Positions 18,398 to 27,328 of a DNA stretch of 64,000 nt are shown here, in pieces (within the stretch, counting starts at the first letter, position 1; each line of letters begins with the position of its first letter). Source of the DNA: an uncultured euryarchaeote (GTDB taxonomy: Archaea; Thermoplasmatota; Poseidoniia; Poseidoniales; Poseidoniaceae). A model generated the notes under the pieces. That model made no database searches, had not been told where the DNA came from, and saw only the letters and a program-made list of their open reading frames with translations. Where the stretch lies: assembly GCA_937892945.1 (NCBI GenBank), contig CALBIL010000058.1:27961-91960 (forward strand), written 5' to 3'. Position numbers and translations under genes: made by a program.

Positions 18398-20398
18398 TCA
18401 ATCGAACATCATCAAAATATCACGGAACAGTGTTTGGGCATGGCCCTCACTTCGCTCAACTAATCGCTTGACAATCAGTTCAGGTGTCGAACGAGCGAGA
18501 TGATTTCTCTTTGGAGTCCGGTCGACCATCAATTCAAGATTTGCATCAAGGCCAGTTGCTTCAATTCCATCAACCCGTAGATCATCACGTCCAGTCGCTT
18601 TGATAATCGCCGGTGCTAGGTGGGTCACGAGCATCATTGTTGTATCATCTTGAGCTTCTGCAGCCAGTAACATTCCAGCAATAATTCGAGCTCCTGCTCC
18701 AGGTTCCGTGATGGCTTCAAGTTCATCAGCAAGAATCAATTTCGGAGTGGGGTCACTTACGACATTGGCGAGTTCGACCAATGTTTGTTCCAATGCACCA
18801 GCACTTTGCGTACCGCCTGCTTTCGCCAATATATGCAGTGCGTCGACTTGGCCAACACGGGCAGAGTCAGCAGGCACAGGTAATCCCATATGAGCAAGAA
18901 TACAAGTGTGGGCGAGTAACTCGAGAAGGGTTGTCTTTCCTCCGGAATTCGCACCGGTGAGAAGGGCCAGTGATTGCTGGTCTTCTTTATCTCCAGCATA
19001 CCCGAGCCCGTAAGTGACGGGGTCTGGTGTACATCCTAAAAGCAGGTGTCTTCCCTGTTCGATGTAGATGCCGTGTTCAACCAAATCAGGGAGTACACAC
19101 TCCCTGTCGATGGCCCACAGGGCAATACAAACCCATTGATCAAAGCCTATGAGAGAGCGGACTGCTTCTTCACATCGTTCTCGCAGTGGCCCAAGTTTCT
19201 TTGCCAACACAAGCATATGTTCAATTTCACCCGTCTTCAGTTTTGTTTCTAAAGCATGGTCGATTTCGTCGATTGTTTTCCGATTAACCTTAGCTGGCCA
19301 TTGCGATGAAAAGATATCATAAGGACATCGAACACCTGTACCTTCAAGCATCTCAACCACGGTTTGTTTGGCTTTTTCCATTGCTTCAGTGATCACGTCC
19401 TTTGTCGCCTCTTGCAATTTTCGTTGGAAGGCTGCACCGTCTGATAGCGCTTCGAGTAATTCAGCACCGCTGAGGTCCATCTTTGCGTCATCCATCGCTT
19501 GTGCGACTTCCGTATTGACTTGCTCTTCCAGAGATTTTGCTGTCTTCCAAAGCCGGTCCTTGACATCGGCCATAATGTCCAAATCTCCTTGGTCATCGAT
19601 ACTCATGAGAATCTCAGGCAGTTGTTCAAGTCCGACAACCAGTTCATACAATTCATTGATGAAAGGATGCTTTTCAGTTGATGTCCGTTTCATTTGAACA
19701 AGATCGGTGAGTACAGAAAGCGTACGTATGTTATGTCGAAACCAATCGATTGTTCGCTCGGGTAGAATTAATTCTGTATTGTCTGCGTTCGGAAGTACAA
19801 CCCAACCATCAGGCGAATCCGCAGGTGCCCCAGAACCAATCCATGTCACTGATTTGAATACCGTATAGTCCTTCCAAGTTTCTCCTTCTCCAGGTTGCAA
19901 GACTCTGCACCATTTCTTGAAGGTTTCAAGCGGCTCTTTGCTGACGACGACTCGCTCATATCGTTCGCTGTTGAAACGGGTTTGTCGAAGGTTATGGAAC
20001 AGTTTACTGAGGGTATTCATGTTTTCAGCATTTTTCTGTGCATAGTTCATGGCATGACTCACCTTGAGTCTTCTTTCTGCTGGATTCTCTATGGGCATCA
20101 ATAATTGCATTCGTTCTCGTGTTGCTGCACATGATGCAAAGGACACAATATCTTGCAATAAGGAGCGATGTAAGCGTTCAGCCTCTTTGGTTGCTAGGAA
20201 CGAACCCGATTGACCGGCAACCATCCGAGCAAGCGATAAGGCACGTTTTGGCGAGACGCCGTCAATCTCAGCAATACGGGCAATATCTCCTGATTTTAGC
20301 GAAGCAATTGCTTCACTTTCTCCGCCAAAGTGGTCGGTTATTTTTTGTGCAAGTCGTTCGCCAACTCCGGGTAGTGTACTCAGAACCATATTCGACAT
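18398..20398 (-). CDS. MutS2-like ATPase (MutS domain V) with an N-terminal helix-hairpin-helix region and no Smr domain.
   Basis: The N-terminus is LSTLPGVGERLAQKITDHFGG...IDGVSPKRA (HhH). Walker A is TGANSGGKTTLLE, Walker B-like is LILADELEAITEPG, and the MutS signature LVTHL is present. Confidence 0.75.
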   Translation of the reverse strand: MSNMVLSTLPGVGERLAQKITDHFGGESEAIASLKSGDIARIAEIDGVSPKRALSLARMVAGQSGSFLATKEAERLHRSLLQDIVSFASCAATRERMQLLMPIENPAERRLKVSHAMNYAQKNAENMNTLSKLFHNLRQTRFNSERYERVVVSKEPLETFKKWCRVLQPGEGETWKDYTVFKSVTWIGSGAPADSPDGWVVLPNADNTELILPERTIDWFRHNIRTLSVLTDLVQMKRTSTEKHPFINELYELVVGLEQLPEILMSIDDQGDLDIMADVKDRLWKTAKSLEEQVNTEVAQAMDDAKMDLSGAELLEALSDGAAFQRKLQEATKDVITEAMEKAKQTVVEMLEGTGVRCPYDIFSSQWPAKVNRKTIDEIDHALETKLKTGEIEHMLVLAKKLGPLRERCEEAVRSLIGFDQWVCIALWAIDRECVLPDLVEHGIYIEQGRHLLLGCTPDPVTYGLGYAGDKEDQQSLALLTGANSGGKTTLLELLAHTCILAHMGLPVPADSARVGQVDALHILAKAGGTQSAGALEQTLVELANVVSDPTPKLILADELEAITEPGAGARIIAGMLLAAEAQDDTTMMLVTHLAPAIIKATGRDDLRVDGIEATGLDANLELMVDRTPKRNHLARSTPELIVKRLVERSEGHAQTLFRDILMMFD

Positions 20399-20444
20399 CG
20401 TTTGTCAAAGGCTTTTGAGGATATTGCTCAGACACCCTCATTTT

Positions 20445-22403
20445 ATGAGAAAAGTGGATGTGATTACATTACTGGACATCAGCGCGTTAACCTCAAATGA
20501 AAGAGATACTACGAAGGGTTGGTGGACATGGTTGAGTCAAGATTCTTCTGACAATCAGATTCGCTTGACGCGTGAATTCAATCTCGTCTTGAGTTCGACG
20601 CTCGCCGTTGCACTTGTCTTCCTTTTTGTTTCCGCAGTTTTTGGTGATGCACTGGTTGACATTATCGATGATCAAGACCAGAAAACAAATGTTCGCGTAC
20701 CTGTGTGGGAACGTAACACCCTCCCCTATCAGACCGAGGGAGATTTTAGCATCGCTCTCGAACTTGGTCCTTACGAGATACTTCCAACGGAAAATGAGTG
20801 GAATTCAACACACCATTTTGTCGAATACACTCTCCCAATCGAAGAAGGTGGTGCTGCACCTGACGATGCAGTCATCAGTCTGGCTGTATGGCGGCCAAAT
20901 GTCCCCGAAGGGGTCACAGTTCCAGTTATTGCAGAATTTGGTCCTTATTTCCAAGAAGCTTCAGTGGAGACGCCTACTATTGAAGTTCCAGGGACATGGC
21001 TTGGTCAGATGATTATTGACCAAATCCTTCCCCATGGTTTTGCATTTGCACAAGTCTCCGTCTCGGGGACAGGTCGTTCGAACCATTGTATGGATTTGAT
21101 GGGGAATGCTGAGCAACTGGGTAATGATGCCGCAGTTCGTTGGTTAGCTGAACAAAACTGGTCGAATGGAGCAGTTGGTATGATCGGAAAATCCTACGAC
21201 GGTAGTACGCCTTGGCAAGCAGCAATGTTTGGTGCAGAACACGATTACCTCAAAACCATCGTACCTATTTCTGGTTTGATTGGCGTGAAAGAATTGATGT
21301 GGCGAAACGGTTCATCGGAAGCCAGAGCCCCTATCATGCACAATGGAGTCTACGGCTCTTATGGAATCGATGGCGATGAGGAAGATTATCAGAACATCTG
21401 TCCGGACTATATCCTTGGTCCAGGAACAGGTGTAGCAGCCTACATGTTTGGCTCCGAAGTTGCCGGTGATTATTGGGCCGAACGCTACTTCCTTGAACGT
21501 GTATTGGATAATTATCAGGGAAGTGTATATTTGATTCAAGGCATGCATGATTGGAACGTGGACCCGCATATGGCAGTACCAACTATGAATGCATTGAAGG
21601 ATGCAGGAATCGATGCAAAGGGACTGTTTGGACAATGGGATCACGACTATCCTGATCGCCCAGTACAACTGGATGACCGTTCGGAATTGGGTGGTCGAGG
21701 CGGGGAGGCATTCCCGGAAATGATGCGTTACGATTGGATGCAAGATTTACTGGAATGGTTTGACTTTTATCTTCGTGGCGTTGGTGAACAACCAGGGCTC
21801 TACATCGAAATACAATCCAACCAAGGCTCGTGGCGTCTTGAGGACCGTTATCCACCAAGTGATACGACCGAAGTTTCCTTTGATTTAGGCGGCTCACTGG
21901 TCAATGTCGGCGGTGGGACTACAGTCTTCCCTGATGCGAGTACGGGTCCAGTATGGCAATCTGAACCGCTAACTGATGCCTTGTATGTCGCAGGAACTCC
22001 ACGGCTTCATGTCGATGTAACAACCGCATCAGTCGGCGGACAGTTGTATGCTTTGCTCGAAGAATGTGATGAATCGGATAATTGCATTCACATTGGTCAC
22101 GCCATCATGGACTTGAGATATCACGCAGGTGGCGACGATATCCAAACATGGACGCCTTTGATTCAGTCTTTTAACGCAAAAATGGAATTCATGCCAATGG
22201 ATGCTGAAATCGCTGCAGGTCACACACTGCGTTTGAGTCTTCTTTCGACCGGAGAGGATTACCTACCTGCAAGTACGTCATCGGTTGTGTTCATCCAAGA
22301 AGGCGAGGGGTCAACACTCCAATTGGATACTTTTACTCCAGCAGATCGAAGGTATTTCTCGCCACCTGAATGCTTGCATGAACGTTGTGTTAATACGGTC
22401 TGA
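20445..22403 (+). CDS. Second CocE/NonD-family hydrolase (peptidase S15), signal-anchored paralog.
   Basis: Shared motifs are [29 protein letters not shown] and [10 protein letters not shown], collinear with 16592..18397. An N-terminal TM segment LVLSSTLAVALVFLFVSAVFG is present. The first ATG is at 20445; the track start at 20415 is TTG. Confidence 0.8.
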   Translation: MRKVDVITLLDISALTSNERDTTKGWWTWLSQDSSDNQIRLTREFNLVLSSTLAVALVFLFVSAVFGDALVDIIDDQDQKTNVRVPVWERNTLPYQTEGDFSIALELGPYEILPTENEWNSTHHFVEYTLPIEEGGAAPDDAVISLAVWRPNVPEGVTVPVIAEFGPYFQEASVETPTIEVPGTWLGQMIIDQILPHGFAFAQVSVSGTGRSNHCMDLMGNAEQLGNDAAVRWLAEQNWSNGAVGMIGKSYDGSTPWQAAMFGAEHDYLKTIVPISGLIGVKELMWRNGSSEARAPIMHNGVYGSYGIDGDEEDYQNICPDYILGPGTGVAAYMFGSEVAGDYWAERYFLERVLDNYQGSVYLIQGMHDWNVDPHMAVPTMNALKDAGIDAKGLFGQWDHDYPDRPVQLDDRSELGGRGGEAFPEMMRYDWMQDLLEWFDFYLRGVGEQPGLYIEIQSNQGSWRLEDRYPPSDTTEVSFDLGGSLVNVGGGTTVFPDASTGPVWQSEPLTDALYVAGTPRLHVDVTTASVGGQLYALLEECDESDNCIHIGHAIMDLRYHAGGDDIQTWTPLIQSFNAKMEFMPMDAEIAAGHTLRLSLLSTGEDYLPASTSSVVFIQEGEGSTLQLDTFTPADRRYFSPPECLHERCVNTV

Positions 22404-22418
22404 AGCGTGCACTCTTGC

Positions 22419-23816
22419 TTAATATGGCAATTCGAGTTCAACTGCGAACAACGGGTCAGGGTCGGTAGAATCGTGGTACGCAACGATAACTCCACCATCG
22501 TTGAGGATGCCAAGCGATGCAAAGTCAAATCGAATGTCATTTCCAGCACCAGAAGTTGAATCCAAGTCACCTTGTCCAATGTAGGTTAACGTATCGGGTG
22601 ACATGTCTTCCGAATATCCCCGTACGTGATAGACCATGTCAACATCAGGGCCGTCGGTGCTTTGGTAGCGAATGTTGAGGATGAAGAGGTCTAATTCACC
22701 GTTGGCTTGGAACTCCCATTCTTCAATGGAAGAAGAAACTGAACTCATGTCATAGGTGTAATTTTGCCATGTCATTGCTCCATCGGTCGACATATAATGG
22801 GTGAATGTCGTTCCTGAATTCTCCACGCAATGCAGCGTTCCTGCCGAATCATAGTGGCAGTATTCTGAAGGGAATTGAACTTCGAGTTCATTCCACGACA
22901 AAGTGGTATCCATGTATGCAGCATTTCCATTTGTGTAGTAACTTGGGAAGATGAGTCCACCTGATGGCATAGGGAATGCTCGCATTTCCTTGTGTGGTTT
23001 GTTGACATCGTAGTAGGACGTAAGCCCTTCTTCAGTGAAATCAAGGTCGAGTTCGATGATCGGGTCATTTGAATCTCTGCCAGCAAATTGGAATGGATAA
23101 TAATTCAACCCATCAACACTAATTTGGCCGCCTGCATCTAAAGTTTGATGCCAAAAGTTGGAGACAACAATGCTCGCCCAATCGCCACTTCCAATTGAGG
23201 ATGAAATCGGACCGACCACTTCAACTTGCCATGAACGGTCATAGAAAGGTTCAGTCAATCGGTTGTAACACCATTTCCATTCGTCTTCGGACTCATCATA
23301 CAAGATGGCATAGAATTTGTCAATTTTCCCATCAGCACCAACATAGGGGAACCATGACATTGAGATGATATCTCCATTTGTGGCCTGAACAATACTCCCT
23401 TCTCCAAGACCTTCTTGGCCAGAATTGGTTGGAATAGCAGTTACACATTGGCCGAGTGCAGGAAGGAATCCTGGGACATAGGTATCCCAAGCATGACCTC
23501 TGTCTTCACTGAAGACAGGATATTCTCCCCCAATGTTGAGAATGTGTCCTTCGATGGTTGTGGCAAGATAATGTTCACAGCAGTTTCCGCCTTTACTCGC
23601 ATCAAAGACCGCCCAACTGGTGTTGGTTGATTGATTGGTTCGCAAATCAACGGTCACAAACATTCGAGCATCTTCATGTTGAATTTGGTCGACCATTTCG
23701 TAGGACTCCCAAAGAGATACCATTTGTTCTTCATCGACGAGGTCTTCTCCACCACCGAAGCATCCCGCCAATACAGTGGAGGCTACCAACAGTATGGATA
23801 ATGCGATGCGTTGCAT
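22419..23816 (-). CDS. Secreted lipobox protein with BNR/Asp-box motifs (predicted beta-propeller of the sialidase-like superfamily).
   Basis: ATG 23816 gives MQRIALSILLVASTVLAGC. Asp-box (SxDxGxxW) matches are SEDRGHAW and STDGAMTW. The longer track start at 23897 overlaps the ileS 3' end. Confidence 0.6.
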   Translation of the reverse strand: MQRIALSILLVASTVLAGCFGGGEDLVDEEQMVSLWESYEMVDQIQHEDARMFVTVDLRTNQSTNTSWAVFDASKGGNCCEHYLATTIEGHILNIGGEYPVFSEDRGHAWDTYVPGFLPALGQCVTAIPTNSGQEGLGEGSIVQATNGDIISMSWFPYVGADGKIDKFYAILYDESEDEWKWCYNRLTEPFYDRSWQVEVVGPISSSIGSGDWASIVVSNFWHQTLDAGGQISVDGLNYYPFQFAGRDSNDPIIELDLDFTEEGLTSYYDVNKPHKEMRAFPMPSGGLIFPSYYTNGNAAYMDTTLSWNELEVQFPSEYCHYDSAGTLHCVENSGTTFTHYMSTDGAMTWQNYTYDMSSVSSSIEEWEFQANGELDLFILNIRYQSTDGPDVDMVYHVRGYSEDMSPDTLTYIGQGDLDSTSGAGNDIRFDFASLGILNDGGVIVAYHDSTDPDPLFAVELELPY

Positions 23817-23878
23817 GATTCTGCGTAGCGCCTCATCTCTTTGAAGGCGTCGCTGGAGCAAGATGCCCGAGTTTCGCC

Positions 23879-26800
23879 TTATTTGACCGTAAACCAAACA
23901 GAAGTTCCGTCGACTTCAAACGTTTCAGCATCGGTTGAAGGTGTTTCAGAATCCGAATGGAACACAGTTGCTGCTGCACGGGTTTCGGATACGATCCATT
24001 CCCGGTCTTGTTCAAACATTTCTGGAGCGTTCTTTGTCCAAATTTCCAAATCAATGGTTGCTTCAATGGCAAGATTGAGGTCTTTGCGCATGGCTTGAAT
24101 CCGTCGAGTAATATCCCGTGCTAATCCTTTGGAAAGCAAGGCAGGTGTGTCATTCATGTCAAGAACGAGACTGATCTGTTGGGCTTCATCTCCTTGGCCA
24201 ATGGTGACCGTTGAAGCAGCAAAACCTTCGCGTTCAACCCGTCGGACTTCCACATCACTTTCTTCGATTTTAACGCCCAATACTTCACATGTTCCAGCTT
24301 GAATCGAAGCAAACATGGCCGTAGGGTCGGCAGCATTCTTGATTTCATTCGCTACAGCATTGACTTCGCTACGGGCTTTTGGTGCAAGTGCGCGGAAGTT
24401 TGGAGCGAGTTCGATTTGCAGGAATCGGTCAAGGTCAGTCTCAACTGCAATTGTTTCAACGTTCAATTCTTCAGCAAGAATATCGTGGAATTCTTCCATG
24501 TCTGTTCCAGATACAATCCACCCTTGTGAACAAGGTAAGCGTTGTCTTCGCCCTGCCTCGACTCGGATTCGTCGTCCAACTTCAGCAAGTTCTCGAACCA
24601 AGACCATGGTCGCTTCTAGAGTCGTATCTTGTGGCGGAAGTATGGCTGTTGCAGCTGCGGCCTCTTCATCCCAATGGTCAGCAGTAGCGCCTTCGAGTGA
24701 ACCCGGTACGCCAAGTGGCCAGGCCGCTTGGTGAACCGTTTCGCCGGTAAGGTTTCGATGAATCGTATCAACCATGAAAGGACTCACCGGTGCAATAAGA
24801 CGGCATACGGTTGTCAAGATTTCATGGAGGGTGTGTTGGCAGGCGACTTTATCGGTTGTTTCAGCGTCATCCCATAGCCGACGACGACTGCGTCGAACAT
24901 ACCAATTGGAGACATCGTTGACAATGAAGTGTTCAAGATCACGGCATGCCTTGTGGAAATTCCAGCCTTTGAAATCGGCATGGTAATTTTTGGCAGTTGT
25001 AGCAAGTCGAGATAAAATCCAACGGTCAAGCGATGGGCGAGAGGTGACTTCAGAGGTTGATTCCTCGGGGTCAAATCCATCAATTGCAGCATAATCTGCG
25101 TGGAATTTGTAAATATTCCATAGTGTCAAAAACATCTTGGCATAGGTTTCCCGAACACCATTCGAATCGAACTTGAGCGGGTTCCACGGTGCACCAGCAG
25201 TGACCATATACCAGCGAGTCGCATCTGCACCTTCTCGATTAAAATGGTCCCACGGGTCGACAATGTTTCCTTTTGACTTTGACATCTTCTTTCCTTCAGC
25301 ATCTAAAATAAGTCCAAGACTCAAACAACGCTTGTAAGCGGGTTTGTCAAAGACTGCTGTTGAAACGGCAAGAAGCGTGTAGAACCATCCTCGTGTTTGG
25401 TCAACACCTTCGCAGATGTAGTCAACCGGGAAAGAAGCGTCGAACGTTTCGTTTCCTTCAAATGGATAATGCCATTGAGCGAAAGGTGCACAACCTGAAT
25501 CAAACCAACAATCCATGACAAAAGGTTCTCTATGCATTGGTTTTCCATCATCGGAAAGAAGTGTATAGCCATCGACAACTGGCCGATGAAGGTCAACATC
25601 ATCAGGGCATTCAGGATTTTCAATACCAGCGGCAACAGCCTTGGCGATTTCTGCTTGAAGTTCAGCAATTGAACCGATACATTTCATGTTTCCTTCATCG
25701 TCTCGCCAAACCGGAAGTGGAGTTCCCCAATACCGTTCACGGGAGATTGCCCAATCTTTGACATTGCGCAACCATTCTCCAAATCGGCCTTCTCCGACCC
25801 AATCCGGTGCCCATTCGACTTCACTGTTGAATTCGAGGAGACGTTCTTTGACAGCAGTCATACGAACAAACCATGAATCCATGGCATAGTAGAGCAAGGG
25901 ATGGTCGGTTCTCCAACAATGTGGATAGTCGTGAAGGTAGGCTTTCTCTCGGTAAAGTAAACCACTTTCAGGTCCTTTCCCGTTACTTCCACCTGAGGCT
26001 GAAAGAAGTTCAATGACCGTTTGGTCACAGTCTTTGACATATCGACCATCGAGTTGTGGATGTGTGCCCTTGAGGAAAGCACCGTCCATTCCAACAGTGT
26101 GGTGTGCTGGAAGTCCAGCAGCCATACCGAGGTTGTAATCGTCTTCACCGTACATGACTGCCGTGTGAACAACTCCAGTTCCGTCAGTTGTCGTCACCCA
26201 ATCGGCTTCAAGAACAGTCCAAGCAGTCTTTGAATCGCCACGAGGTACAGCCTCTGGGAACAGCGGTTCATACGCTTTTCCTACCAAGGCGGAACCAGGG
26301 AACTCTTCGAGGATTTCGGCTTTGTGACGGAGAACTTCTTTCATCAGTTCTTTTGCCAAAATGATTTCTTCTCCAACAGATGCACCACCAGCTCCAACCC
26401 AATTTTCTGCTTGTTCAGTCACACGTGCTCGAACATAAGTGACTTCAGGTCCAACTGCTAATCCAACGTTACCAGGGAGTGTCCATGGTGTTGTAGTCCA
26501 GGCGAGGATGCTTGCATTATCATCGATGAGTTTGAATTTTACATATACGGACGGTTCTTCAACCTCTTTGTATCCAAGAGCAACTTCATGGCTTGAATAG
26601 GAGGTTCCAGTTTGAGGACAATAAGGGAGAACTTTGTAGCCTCGGTACAACAAACCTTTGTCGAACATTTGCTTCATTGCCCACCAACATGATTCAACAT
26701 AATTGTTGTCAAGTGTGACGTAGGGATTGTCCAAATCGACCCAGTAGGCCATTCGTTCGGTCATTTCTCTCCAAGCGGATTCATAGGTCCATACCGAATC

Positions 26801-27172
26801 ACGGCAGGCTTGGTTGAAATTATCCATTCCAAATTCATGAATAGCTTCATTTGATTTCAAATCCATTTTCTTTTGAACTTCAATTTCAACAGGTAAGCCA
26901 TGCGTATCCCATCCTCCTTTTCGTTCAACACGGAAGCCTTCCATCGTCTTCCATCGGCAAACAAGATCTTTGTAGGCACGAGCAACAACGTGGTGGATTC
27001 CTGGCTTTCCATTGGCCGTTGGTGGCCCTTCGAGGAAGATAAATGGTGCTCCATTCCGGTTGGATTCAATGGATTGCTGGAACGCATTTTCCTTTTTCCA
27101 TGCTTCTAACAAGGCAGTCTCGAGTGCAACAGCATCGAATTCACCAGCAGACTTTGGGCGTGCCATAGCCAT
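23879..27172 (-). CDS. ileS: Isoleucyl-tRNA synthetase.
   Basis: The HIGH region is PPTANGKPGIHHVVAR and the KMSKS motif is KKMSKSKGN. A CP1 editing-domain stretch, WTTTPWTLPGNVGLAV, is present. At 1097 aa the length is normal for archaeal IleRS. Confidence 0.95.
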   Translation of the reverse strand: MAMARPKSAGEFDAVALETALLEAWKKENAFQQSIESNRNGAPFIFLEGPPTANGKPGIHHVVARAYKDLVCRWKTMEGFRVERKGGWDTHGLPVEIEVQKKMDLKSNEAIHEFGMDNFNQACRDSVWTYESAWREMTERMAYWVDLDNPYVTLDNNYVESCWWAMKQMFDKGLLYRGYKVLPYCPQTGTSYSSHEVALGYKEVEEPSVYVKFKLIDDNASILAWTTTPWTLPGNVGLAVGPEVTYVRARVTEQAENWVGAGGASVGEEIILAKELMKEVLRHKAEILEEFPGSALVGKAYEPLFPEAVPRGDSKTAWTVLEADWVTTTDGTGVVHTAVMYGEDDYNLGMAAGLPAHHTVGMDGAFLKGTHPQLDGRYVKDCDQTVIELLSASGGSNGKGPESGLLYREKAYLHDYPHCWRTDHPLLYYAMDSWFVRMTAVKERLLEFNSEVEWAPDWVGEGRFGEWLRNVKDWAISRERYWGTPLPVWRDDEGNMKCIGSIAELQAEIAKAVAAGIENPECPDDVDLHRPVVDGYTLLSDDGKPMHREPFVMDCWFDSGCAPFAQWHYPFEGNETFDASFPVDYICEGVDQTRGWFYTLLAVSTAVFDKPAYKRCLSLGLILDAEGKKMSKSKGNIVDPWDHFNREGADATRWYMVTAGAPWNPLKFDSNGVRETYAKMFLTLWNIYKFHADYAAIDGFDPEESTSEVTSRPSLDRWILSRLATTAKNYHADFKGWNFHKACRDLEHFIVNDVSNWYVRRSRRRLWDDAETTDKVACQHTLHEILTTVCRLIAPVSPFMVDTIHRNLTGETVHQAAWPLGVPGSLEGATADHWDEEAAAATAILPPQDTTLEATMVLVRELAEVGRRIRVEAGRRQRLPCSQGWIVSGTDMEEFHDILAEELNVETIAVETDLDRFLQIELAPNFRALAPKARSEVNAVANEIKNAADPTAMFASIQAGTCEVLGVKIEESDVEVRRVEREGFAASTVTIGQGDEAQQISLVLDMNDTPALLSKGLARDITRRIQAMRKDLNLAIEATIDLEIWTKNAPEMFEQDREWIVSETRAAATVFHSDSETPSTDAETFEVDGTSVWFTVK

Positions 27173-27328
27173 GCGAGATGCGTTTTTGTCTTGAACCTCA
27201 CCCCTGTTTTATCAAGTAAAAATGAACATTGCAGTCGTTTCGGAATCGAACGGAAGAACCTTTGACAATCAAAGAACTTGAAAATGGTTCGGGGTATGTT
27301 TGAAGTCCTTTAACCGATAGGGGAGAGT

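Noticed and set aside
18398-20398. The MutS2-like ATPase as a possible novel defence ATPase, given its odd neighbours.
   Set aside because: It has the ordinary archaeal architecture (HhH plus MutS domain V) with no associated nuclease, methylase or other effector gene. The neighbouring peptidases are exported enzymes.
23817-23897. Longer start (23897) for the BNR lipoprotein gene.
   Set aside because: It overlaps the 3' end of ileS by 19 nt. ATG 23816 gives a classic lipobox signal peptide (LLVASTVLAGC).
23879-27172. Inteins or large insertions in ileS, polX, arlI, hppA, cysS and nadE.
   Set aside because: Lengths and motif spacing are normal for these families. I saw no intein splice-junction or homing-endonuclease blocks.
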